Shown here: positions 27,550-36,188 of the stretch, piece by piece | Position numbering within the stretch: position 1 is the first letter of the stretch | How the letters are laid out: each line of letters begins with the position of its first letter | Origin: Eubacteriales bacterium | Lineage (GTDB): Bacteria; Bacillota; Clostridia; Oscillospirales; CAG-272 | Reading direction: 5' to 3' | DNA length: 64,000 bases | Assembly: GCA_045633625.1 (NCBI GenBank) | Contig: JAZQYP010000016.1 | Span: 6,059 to 70,058, forward strand | Program-made: the position numbers and the translations under genes | The notes under the pieces: model-generated | Told to the model about the DNA's origin: nothing | What the model saw: the letters and a program-made list of their open reading frames with translations, nothing else | The model's database searches: none

Positions 27550-30500
27550 ATGCAGGACAAGTTCAACACAAAGTATTCCTTCGTCGAAAACGAGAAGGAA
27601 ATACTCAATTTCTGGGAAGAAAACGACTGCTTCCACGCTCTTAAGAAGAAGAACGAGAACGGTCCGAAGTACCGCTTTATCGACGGTCCTATCACCGCCA
27701 ACAATCCTATGGGTATTCACCACGTTTGGGGAAGAACCCTTAAGGATACCTTTATAAAATATCACGCAATGAAGGGCTGTGACACCCACTACCGCAACGG
27801 CTTTGACTCTCAGGGTCTTTGGGTTGAGGTTGAGGTTGAGAAGGAGCTTGGCTTTAAGACTAAGCACGACATCGAGGAGTACGGCCTTGACAAGTTCACA
27901 GACAAGTGCATCGAGCGTGTAAAGAAGTATTCGGGTGTCATCACCGAGCAGTCGAAGAGACTTGGTCAGTGGATGGACTGGGATAACTCCTACTACACCT
28001 ACACCGACGAGAATATCCAGGGCATCTGGCTCTTCCTCAAGAAGTGCCACGAGAACGGCTGGATCCGTCAGGTCTATAAGCCTATGCCTTGGTGCTCCCG
28101 TTGCGGAACGTCTCTCTCCGAGCACGAGATGACGGGATCCTACAAGGAGATCGAGCACGAGGCAGTATTCTTCAAGCTTCCCATCAAGGACACAAACGAT
28201 TACATCCTCGTTTGGACAACCACACCTTGGACTCTCTCTGCAAACGTAGCTCTCGCGGTTAACCCCGAGATGAAGTACGTTCGCATTCACGTAGCGGGTG
28301 AGGAGCATAACTACGTTACCTCCCTTAACTACTTCAAGCAGAAGTTTGAGGGCAAGGAGGGTGTTGAGCTTCTTGACACTATGACCGGTGCCGACCTTGC
28401 GGGACTTGAGTACGAGACCTGCTTCCCTGAGATCGAGGAGCAGAATTTCGCGCACAAGATCGTTCTTTGGGACGAGGTTGCCGACGACGAGGGATGTGGA
28501 GTTGTTCATATCGCTCCCGGATGCGGTGCTGAGGACTTTGCGCTTGGCGAGTCGATAGGCCTTCCCAAGATAATCCCCGTTGACGAGTACGGTATATTCT
28601 ATAACGGCTTCAGCTTCCTTTCGGGACTTGACGCGCAGGATTGCCGTCAGCTCGTATTTGACGAGCTCAAGAAGAGAAACAAGCTCTTCTACACACATAA
28701 GTATAAGCACAGCTACCCCGTTTGCTGGAGATGTAAAAAGGAGATCATCTTCCGTCTTGGCAAGGAGTGGGCAATCGCTGTTGACGAGCTTCGCCCGAAG
28801 CTTATCGAGAACGCGAACAAGGTTCGCTGGGAGCCCGCATATCAGGGCAAGAGAATGCTTGACTGGCTTGAGAATATGTCCGACTGGAATATCTCCCGTA
28901 AGCGTTTCTACGGACTTCCCCTCCCCTTCTATCCTTGTCCCGACTGTGGCAAGCTTACAGTTGTAGGCTCAAAGGATGAGCTTTATGAGCTTGCTACCGA
29001 CAAATCGAAGGTTGACGCAATTCCTCACCTCCACCGTCCTTGGATCGACGCAGTCAAGATCAAGTGTGAGTGTGGTGCCGAGGTAGAAAGAGTAACTCAG
29101 GTCGGCGACGTTTGGCTTGACGCGGGTATCGTTCCCTTCTCAACACTTAAGTACCTCACCGACAAGGATTACTGGAAGCAGTACTTCCCCGCATCTAACG
29201 TAATCGAGATGAAGGAGCAGATCAGACTCTGGTTCTACTCGATGCTCTTTATGAGTACAGTCCTTGTTGGCGAGCCTCCTTACGAGAGAGTTACTACTCA
29301 CGGAATGGTTGTTTCGGAGGACGGAAGCAGATTCTCAAAGACAGGCTTTATGATCCGCTTTGACGAGGCGGCAGACGTTATCGGCGCTGATGCTTCAAGA
29401 TACATCTACTCCTCTTCCTCCACCTCCACCGACGTTCGCTTCGGCTTCAATCTCGGTGACGAGGCAAAGAGAAAGCTTCTCGCATACTGGAACCTTGAGA
29501 CCTTCTTTGCGACGTATGCCGACATTGATGACCTCAAGCTTGACCTCACAAAGCTTGATGCAAAGACACTTTGTCCTATTGACCGTTGGCTCCTTATCAA
29601 GACCAACGCATTCATCCGTGAGGCAACAAAGTATATGGACGATGCCTCCACTCGCGAGGTAATCGACGCGTTTGAGGCATTTGTTAACGATATCTCGAAC
29701 TTCTACATCCGTACAAACCGTGCGCGCTTCTGGAAGACCGAGAACGATGCCGACAAAGAGAACGCTTATATGGTGCTCTTCTACGCGATAAAGACCATCA
29801 CTCAGGTTATGGCTCCCATCGTTCCCTTCATCACAGAGACCACATGGCAGAGATTTATAAAGAGATACTCGGATGAGACGGCAGTGTCGATATTCCTTAC
29901 CGACTATCCCACAGTTCTCCCCGAGCTTGACATCACCGACGAGCGCATCCTTCGCGACGTCGAGGAGGCAAGAGATATGATAGCTCTCGGACTTAAGCTT
30001 CGTAACGAGAAGCAGGTCAAGATCCGTCAGCCTCTCGCTACTCTCTTTGTAGCGGCAAACGACGCTCGCCACAGTGCTATCGAGACCTTTGGCGAGATAA
30101 TCAAGAGCGAGCTCAACGTGCTTGAGATCAAGGAGCTTACCGACGCGTCAGCCCTTGAGTCCTACTACCTCACCCTTGACTTCAAGGTTGCGGGAAGACT
30201 CCTCAAGGACAAGGCAAATGCTGTTAAGGCATACCTCGCAGAGCTTGACGCAGAGACACAGACAAAGCTTTCTGCACTCGTTAAGGCTGGTGAGAACGTG
30301 CCCGTTGAGTCCCTTGGACTCTCTGTTGAGCCCTCGGCATTCACACTTAACTCTAAGCCCGCGGAAAACGTTGCAATCTACAAGTACAACGACGATTTCG
30401 TAGCGCTTGACGTAAACATCTCCGAGGAGCTCTCGCGTGCGGGACTTCTCCGTGATATCGTTCGTCAGTGTCAGGTATTCCGTAAGGAAGCGGGCTTTGA

Positions 30501-30687
30501 CGTAAGCGACAGAATTTATATCGAGTTCAATACCGATTCTGACCTCGCCGCAAGCGTGCTTGCCGAGAAGGCAGATCAGCTTTGCAACGATCTTCTTGCG
30601 GAAATGACGGCAGTTGACGCCCCCGAATTTGAGGGTAATATCGACCTTGACAACGCAAAGATCGCAGTTAAGCTCAGAAGACAGTAA
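27550..30687 (+). CDS. ileS: Class Ia aminoacyl-tRNA ligase, most consistent with isoleucine--tRNA ligase (long form, divergent signature motifs)
   Basis: At 1045 aa, the architecture and blocks resemble IleRS (WCSRCGTSLSEHEM, GADASRYIY). The HIGH position reads MGIHH and the KMSKS position reads RFSKT. I see no T-box leader; only about 115 nt lie upstream. Confidence 0.8.
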   Translation: MQDKFNTKYSFVENEKEILNFWEENDCFHALKKKNENGPKYRFIDGPITANNPMGIHHVWGRTLKDTFIKYHAMKGCDTHYRNGFDSQGLWVEVEVEKELGFKTKHDIEEYGLDKFTDKCIERVKKYSGVITEQSKRLGQWMDWDNSYYTYTDENIQGIWLFLKKCHENGWIRQVYKPMPWCSRCGTSLSEHEMTGSYKEIEHEAVFFKLPIKDTNDYILVWTTTPWTLSANVALAVNPEMKYVRIHVAGEEHNYVTSLNYFKQKFEGKEGVELLDTMTGADLAGLEYETCFPEIEEQNFAHKIVLWDEVADDEGCGVVHIAPGCGAEDFALGESIGLPKIIPVDEYGIFYNGFSFLSGLDAQDCRQLVFDELKKRNKLFYTHKYKHSYPVCWRCKKEIIFRLGKEWAIAVDELRPKLIENANKVRWEPAYQGKRMLDWLENMSDWNISRKRFYGLPLPFYPCPDCGKLTVVGSKDELYELATDKSKVDAIPHLHRPWIDAVKIKCECGAEVERVTQVGDVWLDAGIVPFSTLKYLTDKDYWKQYFPASNVIEMKEQIRLWFYSMLFMSTVLVGEPPYERVTTHGMVVSEDGSRFSKTGFMIRFDEAADVIGADASRYIYSSSSTSTDVRFGFNLGDEAKRKLLAYWNLETFFATYADIDDLKLDLTKLDAKTLCPIDRWLLIKTNAFIREATKYMDDASTREVIDAFEAFVNDISNFYIRTNRARFWKTENDADKENAYMVLFYAIKTITQVMAPIVPFITETTWQRFIKRYSDETAVSIFLTDYPTVLPELDITDERILRDVEEARDMIALGLKLRNEKQVKIRQPLATLFVAANDARHSAIETFGEIIKSELNVLEIKELTDASALESYYLTLDFKVAGRLLKDKANAVKAYLAELDAETQTKLSALVKAGENVPVESLGLSVEPSAFTLNSKPAENVAIYKYNDDFVALDVNISEELSRAGLLRDIVRQCQVFRKEAGFDVSDRIYIEFNTDSDLAASVLAEKADQLCNDLLAEMTAVDAPEFEGNIDLDNAKIAVKLRRQ

Positions 30688-30693
30688 AAAAAG

Positions 30694-30722
30694 TCCCCCG
30701 CGTTACAAAGTAACGCGGGGTA
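30694..30722. terminator. Bidirectional terminator between ileS and the XRE gene
   Basis: The 11-bp stem ccccgcgttac / gtaacgcgggg is flanked by aaaaaaag on the left and tattttt on the right. Confidence 0.75.
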
Positions 30723-30725
30723 TTT

Positions 30726-30959
30726 TTAATTATATTCTTTTATTGTTTCTTCAATTAAACGCATTAACTTACTAGGCTCAATTCTCATGGCTTCGCTAAT
30801 CTTAAAAAAAGTATCTAGTGTAGGTTTTCTTATTCCTCTTTCGATAGCGCTCAAATGAGTTCTTCCAATTCCCGCTAGCCCGCTTACCACTTCTTGAGAC
30901 AACCCACATTTTTCACGATACTGCTGTATTACTTTACCGACAACAATCGCATCTAACAT
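30726..30959 (-). CDS. XRE family helix-turn-helix transcriptional regulator (about 77 aa)
   Basis: The HTH reads QQYREKCGLSQEVVSGLAGIGRTHLSAIERGIRKPTLDTFFKISEAM. The ATG at 30959 is preceded by GAGAGG. Codon usage is AT-rich, unlike neighbouring genes. Confidence 0.8.
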   Translation of the reverse strand: MLDAIVVGKVIQQYREKCGLSQEVVSGLAGIGRTHLSAIERGIRKPTLDTFFKISEAMRIEPSKLMRLIEETIKEYN

Positions 30960-31021
30960 AATGCACCTCTCACAAATAATCACTTTCCAATATAATTATA
31001 AAGATTTTCCAGGGCAATTAT

Positions 31022-31061
31022 GAATACATATGTTGACAAGCGAATACAAATGTGTTATTAT
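31022..31061 (+). promoter_or_regulatory. Promoter with paired direct-repeat operators upstream of the 51-aa ORF
   Basis: TTGACA (31033-31038), a 17-nt spacer and TATTAT (31056-31061) are present. GAATACATATGT (31022-31033) and GAATACAAATGT (31042-31053) bracket the -35 element. Confidence 0.5.
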
Positions 31062-31097
31062 ATTTATGAAATCTTATTATAGGAGGTATCCGAAAAC

Positions 31098-31253
31098 ATG
31101 GAAGGTATAGCTCTTCTTTTTGCGGCGTTCTTGGGTTTGATTCCCGCAATTATCGCCGCATCAAAAGGTCGCAACTTTTTTCTTTGGTGGTTTTATGGAT
31201 GGATGCTTTTCATTGTTGCATTTATTCATTCCTTGTGCATTAGAAGAAAATAA
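31098..31253 (+). CDS. Small membrane protein, 51 aa (not in the ORF track)
   Basis: The sequence is MEGIALLFAAFLGLIPAIIAASKGRNFFLWWFYGWMLFIVAFIHSLCIRRK, which gives two hydrophobic helices. It has a strong SD (AGGAGG, 31081-31086), its own promoter and its own terminator. Confidence 0.55.
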   Translation: MEGIALLFAAFLGLIPAIIAASKGRNFFLWWFYGWMLFIVAFIHSLCIRRK

Positions 31254-31270
31254 GCAACACGACAAAGAAA

Positions 31271-31302
31271 ATCGCTTGTGAAATTAACAAGTGATTTTTT
31301 TG
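31271..31302 (+). terminator. Rho-independent terminator of the small ORF
   Basis: The stem atcgcttgt / acaagtgat contains one G-T pair, has a 7-nt loop and is followed by ttttttt. Confidence 0.65.
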
Positions 31303-31362
31303 CAATATAGAAATTTGGATTTATCGGGTAGTAAGGCTTAAGAGACAGTAATTATATTAAAG

Positions 31363-31438
31363 AATACCCCGCCGCAATAAATGCGGCGGGGTATTTTGCC
31401 AAAAGCAACACCCCCTTGAGACAAAGCTCAAGGGGGTG
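31363..31438 (-). terminator. Two tandem hairpin terminators downstream of the surface-protein operon
   Basis: The first hairpin is cacccccttgag / ctcaagggggtg (31409-31438) and the second is aataccccgccgca / tgcggcggggtatt (31363-31395). Each is followed by T-rich sequence on the minus strand. Confidence 0.7.
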
Positions 31439-31469
31439 ATTTCGGTTTTATATGACACTTTGTTTGTGT

Positions 31470-34400
31470 TTAGTTATTTCTTCTCTTTCTTACAAACACT
31501 GTGCAAGTGCCAAGCATTGTGCAAAGAACAAGTCCAACGACCTCGGCACTACCGCCGCATCCTTTTTCCTTCTCGGTCTCGGAAGGCTCTGTCTCGCTTA
31601 CAGAGCCGCTATCCCCCTCGTCCGTCTCTGCGGGCACCGTATCGGTCTCTGTTTCGTTTTCAGTCTCGGTCTCTGTCTCTGTCTCTGTTTCGCTCTCTGT
31701 ATCTTCTATTACGGGTATTGCCTCTGTAGAGGTTGCGCCACACTCCTCGCAGGTGTATGTCTTTACACCCTCGGTGGTCGTTGTAGGCTCAAGCGTTACA
31801 ACTCCCGCGTCAAGCTTATGCGCACTCTCCTCCTTCTCACCGCACTCGCACTCTCTTACGTGCTCAAGTGCATCGTGCTCTGTCCAGTCGCCATATTCGT
31901 GCTCTTCAAGCTCATCTATAGGCTCGGTCTTGGTCTCAGCACACTTTGTGCAGATGTAGGTCTTAACGCCCTCGGTTGTATGCGTTGCCTCGGTCGTTAC
32001 CTCACCGTCATTCCACTCGTGCTCACAAGGTGCGGGAGCGGCACCACCGCCACCTACGGCACCACCGCCGCCTGCAGCACCACCGCCGCCTGCGTTACCA
32101 CCACCTGCGTTACCGCCGCCTGTGGTTTCACCAAGCTTAAGCTCGAATTCACCGGTACCCATATCCCAGTAGCTTCCCTTGGATATAGCCTCCCATTTCT
32201 CCTCGCTACCGCCAAAGCTTACAGTCTCAAGCTCGGACGCGCCGTAGAAGACCGCTTGAGCTATTTCAGTAATGCTTAAAGGAAGCTTGATCTGGGAGAG
32301 CGACTCGCAATACGCAAACGCGAGATCGTCGATGCTCTCGACACCCTCAGGAATATCTATTTGGGTGATCTCACTGCCTGCAAAGGCAAGTGCTCCGATA
32401 TTCTTTACACTGCTTGGTATCACACTACCGGATATGCACTTAACAAGGGTATTCGTGTCCTTCTCTATCAGACAGTTATTTGTCACAACGTAGCTTGCGT
32501 TCTCAGCATCTACCGTCATCGACTCAAGTGCGCCGCACGCCACGAAGGCGGTCGCATCAATATCAGTAACGCTTGCGGGGATATTCACCTCGGCAATAGA
32601 ACTTCTTGCAAAGGACATATAGCCGATAGCCGTGACTCCCTCGGGAAGGATGCTGTTCTTGCATCCGATCACTACCTCGCCGTCCTTTATCACGCAGTTA
32701 TCTGCGCTACTGTATACCGTATTTCCGGCTGCAACCGTTATTGTCTGAAGATCGCAGTCAAGGAAGGGGTTAGTTCCCATAAATGTTACGCTTGCGGGAA
32801 TAGTTATTTCGGTAAGTGCACTGCCCTGGAACGCAAGGCTGTCAATAGTCTCAAGTCCCTCGGGGAGCTCTACCGTCTCGATCTTCGCTCCGCAAAATGC
32901 GTTCTTACCAATGCTCTTTACTGTATCTGCAAGGATTACTCTCTTTATGGGGTAATTGCTCCAGAATGCGTAATCACCAACGCTTGTTACACCGTCTGCA
33001 ATCACTACCGAGCCGATATCCCCGCGGTATGCGTACCAAGGAGCGTCGTTCTCATATGTGAAGTTGGGCATATTACCCTCGCCTATAACATAGAGGGTAT
33101 TTTCAGTCTTATCAAATATCCACACAAGGCTCTCGCCGACACTTCCGTTTGCCTCAAGCTCATCAGCGCGCTGAACGTGTCCGCACTCACAGCTTCTCGA
33201 AGCAACGCCTTCACTTACCGTCCACTCACCAAAAACATGTTCGCAGGGTGCGGAGGGTCTTGCAGGAAGCTCGGGAAGTGTACCGTCATCCGCCTCGGGA
33301 GTGTAAAACTCAAGCACGTGAGGATAGCCGTATACGGGGAATCCCTGTGTCGCATGAGTGCCTGCGAGCGCGGCATTCTCAAATCCCCACGTCACAATAA
33401 CGGTGCCTTCGTTAGCAACGTGATGTATTCTCTGCGCCATAGACACGAGAAGCTTATCAAGCTCGCTGACACCAAATTTCTCAAGAAGGATACTGCGAGG
33501 AATTGCTATCTCATAGTAGGCAAGATCGGCCTTAGTGCTCGTAGAATACGCGCTCACGTATTCGGGCCAGAGTGTTCTGTCAACTCCCCCCAAAACCTCG
33601 TAAGGCGCATTATAGGGGAGATATATCTGTATGTATGAGGACGTGCTGCTCGTACCTACCTGAAGATACAGCGCATCAATGTGTCCTGTGCGGCGAGGAT
33701 CCTTCTGCTCTACCGCGAAATATACGTTATCATCATCAGCCGTCATATAGAAATATACGTGCTCGGCATCGCTGACTAACGCGGAATCACCATAAATGAA
33801 GAAATTATCGTTCGTCGCGTCATCCTCAAACTTGCACTCGACTGTGATCTCGTATTCACCGTCATCGATCTTTGCGTCAACGAGGGGGGTGTGTGCCTCC
33901 GTGAGAGTTTCGGTCTTCTGTCCGTATTCAGAAAGATCAAAGGCGTCAGAGGTGATGGGAGGAGCTACGCTGTCGGCAAGGACGACCACGTTGGGATATG
34001 CAGCTCCCGCAGGGTGCTTTGCCACACCCGCCTCGGTAAGAGTATCACTCGTGAAACCCCATACCGCATAGGAGCTATCCGAACTGTAGTGGTATCTCGG
34101 AGCCATAGTGACGAGAAGCTTATCAAGAGAATCTACGCCAAACATAGCTTTAAGCTGCTCGCGGCTGATAGACACCTCAAAGGTCATTCCCGTTACTGCT
34201 TGGTTCGCGTCCTTAGAGTAAAGGGACGAAGTATTCACATAGTAGTTAGCCACGTCAGCCTTATTAAGTCCGAGGCTGTTCGCAGGCATTTCTATTCCGC
34301 CTATCTTGACGTAATACTGAACGTATTTCGAAAGGTCGTTGCCTGCGGTGATCTGCAGATAAAGCGCCTCAACGCCTGTTGCGTTGGTGTCATCAAGAAC

Positions 34401-36164
34401 TGTGCCGAAATAAACGTTTGTCGAGTCGGAGGACATATAGTAGACCGCTCTTGTTCCGCTTTCGGCGCCCGAGAAGTCATTTCCTACAAGGAAGAAGTTA
34501 TCGTCAGTAGCATCGTTTGCGAATACTGCCTCATAAGACCACGCATACTCCCCTGCCGTTATGCTTCCGTCAACTGCAGGCATTGTTGCATTTCCGGGAA
34601 GGGTTACCGTCTGCTGACCGAGCGAAGCGTAGCTGTAAGGATCATTTACGTCAACCAAGGTCTCGGCAAGCTCGACCACGTTGGGATATGCACCCGAAAT
34701 ATGAGTGGGAACTCCTTGGGCCTTAAGAGTATCGCTTTGGAATCCCCAGACCGCATAGGAGGAACCTGAATTATAATGGTATCTCGGAGCCATAGTGACG
34801 AGAAGCTTATCAACCGAATCAACCCCAAACATTGTCTTGAGCTGCTCACGGCTGATACAGACCTCGAAATACATTCCCTTCATTACCGATCCGTCGTACT
34901 TGGTAGAAGACTTTGTGCTGACAATATAATCAGCAACCTTTGTCTTGTCAAGTCCGAGCGTATTGTCGGGCATTTCTATTCCCAAGGCAGTGTTATGTCT
35001 CTTTACGTAATACTGAACGTATTTCGAAAGGTCGTTACCCGCAGTTATCTGAAGATAGAGTGCCTCAACTCCCGTGTCGGAGGTATCGTCAAGCTCTGCC
35101 GCAAAGTATACGTTTTCCGAGTCGGAGGACATATAGTAGACTGCTCTTGTTCCGCTTTCGGCGCCCGAGAGATCCTTTCCTACAAGGAAGAAGTTATCGT
35201 CAGTAGCATCGTTTGCAAATACTGCCTCATAAGACCACGCATACTCGTTGGTATTTATTATTCCGTCAACAGCAGGCATTGTTGCATTTCCGGGAAGAGT
35301 TACCGTCTGCTGACCGTACTCGGCGTAGTCATAGGGATCATTCGTATTGGTGCTCGCTCCTGCGAAATTTACGACGTTGGGATATGCATACTGTGCATTC
35401 GGTACGGTAACCGGGATCGGAAGACCTGCGTTTACAACGTCATAGTTGTAAAAGCCCCACGTTGCAACCGCATTGCCGTTCGTGCCCGAATTGTATCTAT
35501 AGGACATTGTGACGAGAAGCTGATCGGTAGAATCGACCTCAAGCATTGACTTAAGCTGAGCGTGGCTGATCTGGATCTCTGTATGCTTTCCTATAAACTC
35601 ATTGTTACTGCCAGACTTTACACCCGTCATCTTTTCGACGTGGTAATCCTTGTTGCTATCCGTTCCAAGAGACGACAGTGTGTTGGGGTCAAGTCTCTCG
35701 ACACCATTACCCGGCTTCAAATAGTATATCACTCTCTTTGAAAGGTCGTTGGGATTTGCTATGGTCAGATAAAACAGCTCGGCATAATCCCCCGTATTAT
35801 GAGTATCCTCTATTGCCGCCGCAAAGTACACACTGCTTGAATCGGCTGACATATAATACGTCACCGCCGTTGCGTATTCCGCGTCCACGGTATCGTCACC
35901 CGTGATATATAAGCCGTTTTCTGACACGGGGTTTGTAAGATCGATCTTCTTCGACCACGCGTACTCATCTGTGTTTATCGTTCCGTCTGCCGTGGGCATC
36001 GTTTGCTTTTCGGGAACGGTTACCTCTATTTGTCCGTATGAGGAAAGCTCGTTTGGCTTCGGCGCATCGGCAGCAACCGTTCCAAGAGGAAGCAATCCAA
36101 TAAGCATCGCGATACAGAGCAGTATCGAAAATATCTTTATCATCTTTGTCTTTATCTTTTTCAT
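31470..36164 (-). CDS. Large secreted surface protein with CBM9/DOMON-like modules, BspA-type leucine-rich repeats, Cys/His modules, an acidic linker and a C-terminal membrane tail
   Basis: This is a 1564-aa ORF with signal peptide MKKIKTKMIKIFSILLCIAMLIGLLPLGTVAADA. It has at least 4 modules containing DG-I-x-x-x-EYAWS and YYMS(A/S)DS..VYFA. The LRR_5-like repeats read IADGVTSVGDYAF, VKSIGKNAF and LETIDSLAF. A Gly run (GGGNAGGGNAGGGGAAGGGG) and a TE repeat follow. The tail is GCGGSAEVVGLVLCTMLGTCTVFVRKRRNN. Confidence 0.85.
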   Translation of the reverse strand: MKKIKTKMIKIFSILLCIAMLIGLLPLGTVAADAPKPNELSSYGQIEVTVPEKQTMPTADGTINTDEYAWSKKIDLTNPVSENGLYITGDDTVDAEYATAVTYYMSADSSSVYFAAAIEDTHNTGDYAELFYLTIANPNDLSKRVIYYLKPGNGVERLDPNTLSSLGTDSNKDYHVEKMTGVKSGSNNEFIGKHTEIQISHAQLKSMLEVDSTDQLLVTMSYRYNSGTNGNAVATWGFYNYDVVNAGLPIPVTVPNAQYAYPNVVNFAGASTNTNDPYDYAEYGQQTVTLPGNATMPAVDGIINTNEYAWSYEAVFANDATDDNFFLVGKDLSGAESGTRAVYYMSSDSENVYFAAELDDTSDTGVEALYLQITAGNDLSKYVQYYVKRHNTALGIEMPDNTLGLDKTKVADYIVSTKSSTKYDGSVMKGMYFEVCISREQLKTMFGVDSVDKLLVTMAPRYHYNSGSSYAVWGFQSDTLKAQGVPTHISGAYPNVVELAETLVDVNDPYSYASLGQQTVTLPGNATMPAVDGSITAGEYAWSYEAVFANDATDDNFFLVGNDFSGAESGTRAVYYMSSDSTNVYFGTVLDDTNATGVEALYLQITAGNDLSKYVQYYVKIGGIEMPANSLGLNKADVANYYVNTSSLYSKDANQAVTGMTFEVSISREQLKAMFGVDSLDKLLVTMAPRYHYSSDSSYAVWGFTSDTLTEAGVAKHPAGAAYPNVVVLADSVAPPITSDAFDLSEYGQKTETLTEAHTPLVDAKIDDGEYEITVECKFEDDATNDNFFIYGDSALVSDAEHVYFYMTADDDNVYFAVEQKDPRRTGHIDALYLQVGTSSTSSYIQIYLPYNAPYEVLGGVDRTLWPEYVSAYSTSTKADLAYYEIAIPRSILLEKFGVSELDKLLVSMAQRIHHVANEGTVIVTWGFENAALAGTHATQGFPVYGYPHVLEFYTPEADDGTLPELPARPSAPCEHVFGEWTVSEGVASRSCECGHVQRADELEANGSVGESLVWIFDKTENTLYVIGEGNMPNFTYENDAPWYAYRGDIGSVVIADGVTSVGDYAFWSNYPIKRVILADTVKSIGKNAFCGAKIETVELPEGLETIDSLAFQGSALTEITIPASVTFMGTNPFLDCDLQTITVAAGNTVYSSADNCVIKDGEVVIGCKNSILPEGVTAIGYMSFARSSIAEVNIPASVTDIDATAFVACGALESMTVDAENASYVVTNNCLIEKDTNTLVKCISGSVIPSSVKNIGALAFAGSEITQIDIPEGVESIDDLAFAYCESLSQIKLPLSITEIAQAVFYGASELETVSFGGSEEKWEAISKGSYWDMGTGEFELKLGETTGGGNAGGGNAGGGGAAGGGGAVGGGGAAPAPCEHEWNDGEVTTEATHTTEGVKTYICTKCAETKTEPIDELEEHEYGDWTEHDALEHVRECECGEKEESAHKLDAGVVTLEPTTTTEGVKTYTCEECGATSTEAIPVIEDTESETETETETETENETETDTVPAETDEGDSGSVSETEPSETEKEKGCGGSAEVVGLVLCTMLGTCTVFVRKRRNN
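34050..35450 (-). repeat. Tandem duplication of a 696-bp (232-codon) module inside 31470..36164
   Basis: For example, ggaggacatatagtagac.gctcttgttccgctttcggcgcccgaga occurs at 34428 and again at 35124, an offset of 696 nt. The units are roughly 85-90% identical by eye. Confidence 0.8.
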
Positions 36165-36188
36165 TTTATCATTCTCCCTCCAAGATCA

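Noticed and set aside
27547-28710. A 387-aa minus-strand ORF inside ileS
   Set aside because: It is an antisense shadow of a well-supported tRNA ligase gene.
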